In this document: piece by piece, positions 62,189 through 64,000 of the stretch
Layout of the letters: every line of letters starts with the position of its first letter
Numbering within the stretch: position 1 is the first letter of the stretch
IMG/VR virus record: IMGVR_UViG_3300034117_002447
Coordinates: 1-64,000 of that record
Strand: one strand, 5' to 3'
DNA: 64,000 nucleotides
Translations under genes and position numbers: made by a program
Notes under the pieces: model-generated
The model's input: only the letters and a program-made list of their open reading frames with translations
Databases searched by the model: none
Told to the model about the DNA's origin: nothing

Positions 62189-62309
62189 TAGTCAGGACAG
62201 GATTCGAACCTGCATGGTCACATCTCTTACCTTTGTTTTCCCCGCTAAGGGAGTGGTGAACGAAGCGAGTTCCGCACCACATAGCGTCTACCAATTCCGC
62301 CACCTGACT
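62189..62309 (-). ncRNA. 121-nt tRNA-like RNA with Leu-type acceptor/D/T arms and a 70-nt insert in place of the anticodon and variable arms
   Basis: AGTCAGG/CCTGACT-A acceptor; GCG-GAATTGGTAGA-CGC D arm; GCAGG-TTCGAAT-CCTGT T arm; no canonical anticodon arm. Confidence 0.75.
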
Positions 62310-62357
62310 ATTTAAAACATACCACTCAAATGGGTATTTGTTACAGTGTCACAATTG

Positions 62358-62426
62358 TTGCCTATACTCCGGTTAATTACTCCTTCTGTACCCAACGGCT
62401 TTATGTTGGCTTATAATTGGCTATTT
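62358..62426 (-). ncRNA. candidate structured RNA, recalled as similar to the Bacteroidota Flavo-1 motif (unverified)
   Basis: Minus strand AGCC...AAAGCCGTTGGGTACAGAAGGA...CCGGAGTATAGGC in a non-coding gap between tRNA elements. Confidence 0.45.
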
Positions 62427-62461
62427 CAAAGTAACTCACATTTTTATTTGTGATATGTGTT

Positions 62462-62542
62462 TGGTACCCTCTGAGAGACTCGAACTCTCACCCTAAGACT
62501 AGATCCTAAGTCTAGCGCGTCTACCAATTCCGCCAAGAGGGC
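62462..62542 (-). tRNA. trnL-TAG: tRNA-Leu(TAG), second copy
   Basis: GCCCTCT/AGAGGGT acceptor; CTAGA-CT-TAG-GA-TCTAG; CCA encoded. Confidence 0.93.
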
Positions 62543-62634
62543 AACTTAAAGAACGTTTGTTTTGTTATAAAGTTATTATACCCAATAACTATTAATAATT
62601 TCCTGAGGTCATTTTTTATTTTCAGCAATTCTCG

Positions 62635-63177
62635 TTAGAATGGGCTGATTAACTCTTTAAACGGGGTTCCCAATTGATCTTTATCCGAAATGATAGGATT
62701 TTCAATTTCCCAATCAATCGCTAAGTCCGCATCATTCCATAATATACAGCCTTCATGTTCTTTTGAATAACCGTTTGTGCATTTATAGGAAAAAATAGTG
62801 TCGTCTTCTAGGCTAACGAAGCCATGCGCAAAGCCTGGTGGAATCCAAAGTTGATTGCGATCAGTCGTATTTAATACAACTTGAAAGGATTTACCGTAGC
62901 TTGGAGAGTCTCGACGAATATCTACCGCAACATCCAACACGCTTCCTGTAATTACCTGAACCAATTTTCCTTGATCAAACGGTGGAGCTTGAAAATGCAA
63001 TCCACGAAGGACTCCTTTTTTGGATCTAGATAAATTATCCTGAACAAATGAATGCTCATTAAGAAATTCAGAATATTTCAGCTGATTAAACGATTCTAGA
63101 AAAAATCCTCTTTCATCGCCAAACACGGATGGATAAACTGATATAAGCCCGTTAGGAAATTCTTGTACAACTTTCAT
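62635..63177 (-). CDS. rmlC: dTDP-4-dehydrorhamnose 3,5-epimerase
   Basis: FGDERGFF, VQDNLS.S..GVLRGLHFQ, DVAVDIR, WIPPGFAHGF and YKCT motifs. Confidence 0.95.
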   Translation of the reverse strand: MKVVQEFPNGLISVYPSVFGDERGFFLESFNQLKYSEFLNEHSFVQDNLSRSKKGVLRGLHFQAPPFDQGKLVQVITGSVLDVAVDIRRDSPSYGKSFQVVLNTTDRNQLWIPPGFAHGFVSLEDDTIFSYKCTNGYSKEHEGCILWNDADLAIDWEIENPIISDKDQLGTPFKELISPF

Positions 63178-63198
63178 TAGTTAATCTATTTTTAATAA

Positions 63199-63672
63199 TT
63201 ACATTACCGTGTGAGGTATCTGAACTCTCACGCAGTTTTGAGGTTCTCCCTCATTCATGAAGAAGTTATTAATGTAACCCATCATGTTCGCTGATCCAAT
63301 TGGATTCGCTGAGTGTACGTAGACTGCTGGAAACCGAATCGGCACATTACGCTTATCGAAACGACTCATCTCAATTCTCTTTGGATTCTCGTCGTAGAAC
63401 TGATTCACCAACCACTTAGTGCAATCCATTCCAGTTTTTTCAGTAATGTTCGTGTAGTCTAGCTTATAGTTAGGACTTACATTCGTGAAGTACTCTGACA
63501 TAGCTGAGTCACCCAAGTCGTGATCCAATGAGATCATGTGAATGTTCTTTAATCCAATTTCCATCACCTTGTCCTTGAACTCCTGGTATGATCTAACAAC
63601 TATCCAGTCCTGTTCAATTGGTGTTCGAACGTCATCTAAATAGATTCTGATCGGTAATTTTTCTTCTTCCAT
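63199..63672 (-). CDS. cyclic-phosphate-processing receiver-like domain protein
   Basis: IYLDDVRTP, WIVVRSY.EF, ISLDHDLG, TG.DC..WL and VHSANP.G..NM motifs. Confidence 0.8.
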   Translation of the reverse strand: MEEEKLPIRIYLDDVRTPIEQDWIVVRSYQEFKDKVMEIGLKNIHMISLDHDLGDSAMSEYFTNVSPNYKLDYTNITEKTGMDCTKWLVNQFYDENPKRIEMSRFDKRNVPIRFPAVYVHSANPIGSANMMGYINNFFMNEGEPQNCVRVQIPHTVM

Positions 63673-63686
63673 TTGTATTTGTTTTA

Positions 63687-64000
63687 TTAATGTGAGTCTC
63701 CAATATCGTGCTTTTCTCCGTAAATCAAATAGTCTGGATTAATTACCTTTGCTACTCGATTACGCTCACCGCTTATGTGCTTAATAACAATGCCTTCATG
63801 CGGCACCTTAGTTCCTTTGATCATATTACCAAAGACGAACTGGTCTTGTGTCTCTTGTGACCACGGTCCTGTGTATAGGACTCCAACGTGAGGTAACTCT
63901 AGCGCTTCTTTGAAAAGGAATTCAGTGTAAATAGTGGACTCGTATTTGCCGTTTACTGTGGCATCGAATCCAACGAATTCAATATCAGTCAGACCGTACT
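63687..64000 (-). CDS. RNA ligase (Rnl2/DRB0094-like), C-terminal part (truncated by window; not in ORF track)
   Basis: Frame from 63998 reads ...FVGFD...LPHVGVLYTG...HEGIVIK...RVAKVINPDYL...*, containing ligase motifs IIIa, IV and V. Confidence 0.75.
   Translation of the reverse strand, partial: YGLTDIEFVGFDATVNGKYESTIYTEFLFKEALELPHVGVLYTGPWSQETQDQFVFGNMIKGTKVPHEGIVIKHISGERNRVAKVINPDYLIYGEKHDIGDSH

Noticed and set aside
62189-62309. tmRNA
   Set aside because: It has a full D stem, lacks the G3-U70 Ala identity and has no tag ORF; at 121 nt it is too short.
55652-62542. Suppressor tRNA or stop-codon recoding
   Set aside because: No CTA, TTA or TCA anticodons. The TAG/TAA/TGA triplets are Leu and Ser anticodons, and long ORFs are intact under code 11.

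Overview
This window is a 64-kb segment of a large T4-like (myovirus) bacteriophage genome. It is AT-rich, uses the standard genetic code and has no obvious Shine-Dalgarno motifs. The host is probably a Bacteroidota (inference from SD-less starts and the look of the tRNAs, ClpC, MgsA and RmlC). Replication and recombination genes: gp46/SbcC, UvsY, UvsW, the C-terminal half of a split PolB, a primase and a DinG-like helicase. Nucleotide metabolism: a dCMP-hydroxymethylase-like ThyA-family enzyme, dCMP deaminase and a NMP kinase. Morphogenesis genes: gp19, gp23, a gp21-gp22 fusion, gp20, gp13, gp4, gp5, gp25 and baseplate genes. The window also has a glycan-synthesis operon, chaperones (DnaJ, an N-domain-less ClpC), RNA-repair-type genes, mgsA, nine tRNAs, a 121-nt tRNA-like RNA and about 18 ORFs carrying a T4 capsid-targeting-like motif. 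The top observation is an unannotated 23-codon leader ORF (56641-56712, minus strand) between a promoter and an intrinsic terminator at the head of the tRNA array. Fifteen consecutive codons in it encode only Leu/Ser/His/Cys/Arg, exactly the amino acids of the eight downstream tRNAs, and its 3' end can form a 9-bp antiterminator with the terminator's 5' arm. This looks like a ribosome-dependent attenuator that switches on phage tRNAs when the matching host tRNAs are depleted. Other highlights are two (8/4)-type tRNA-Ser, a gene enclosed by a long-range RNA stem, and the tRNA-like RNA with an expanded anticodon region. All family assignments come from motif recognition by eye; no database searches were run.
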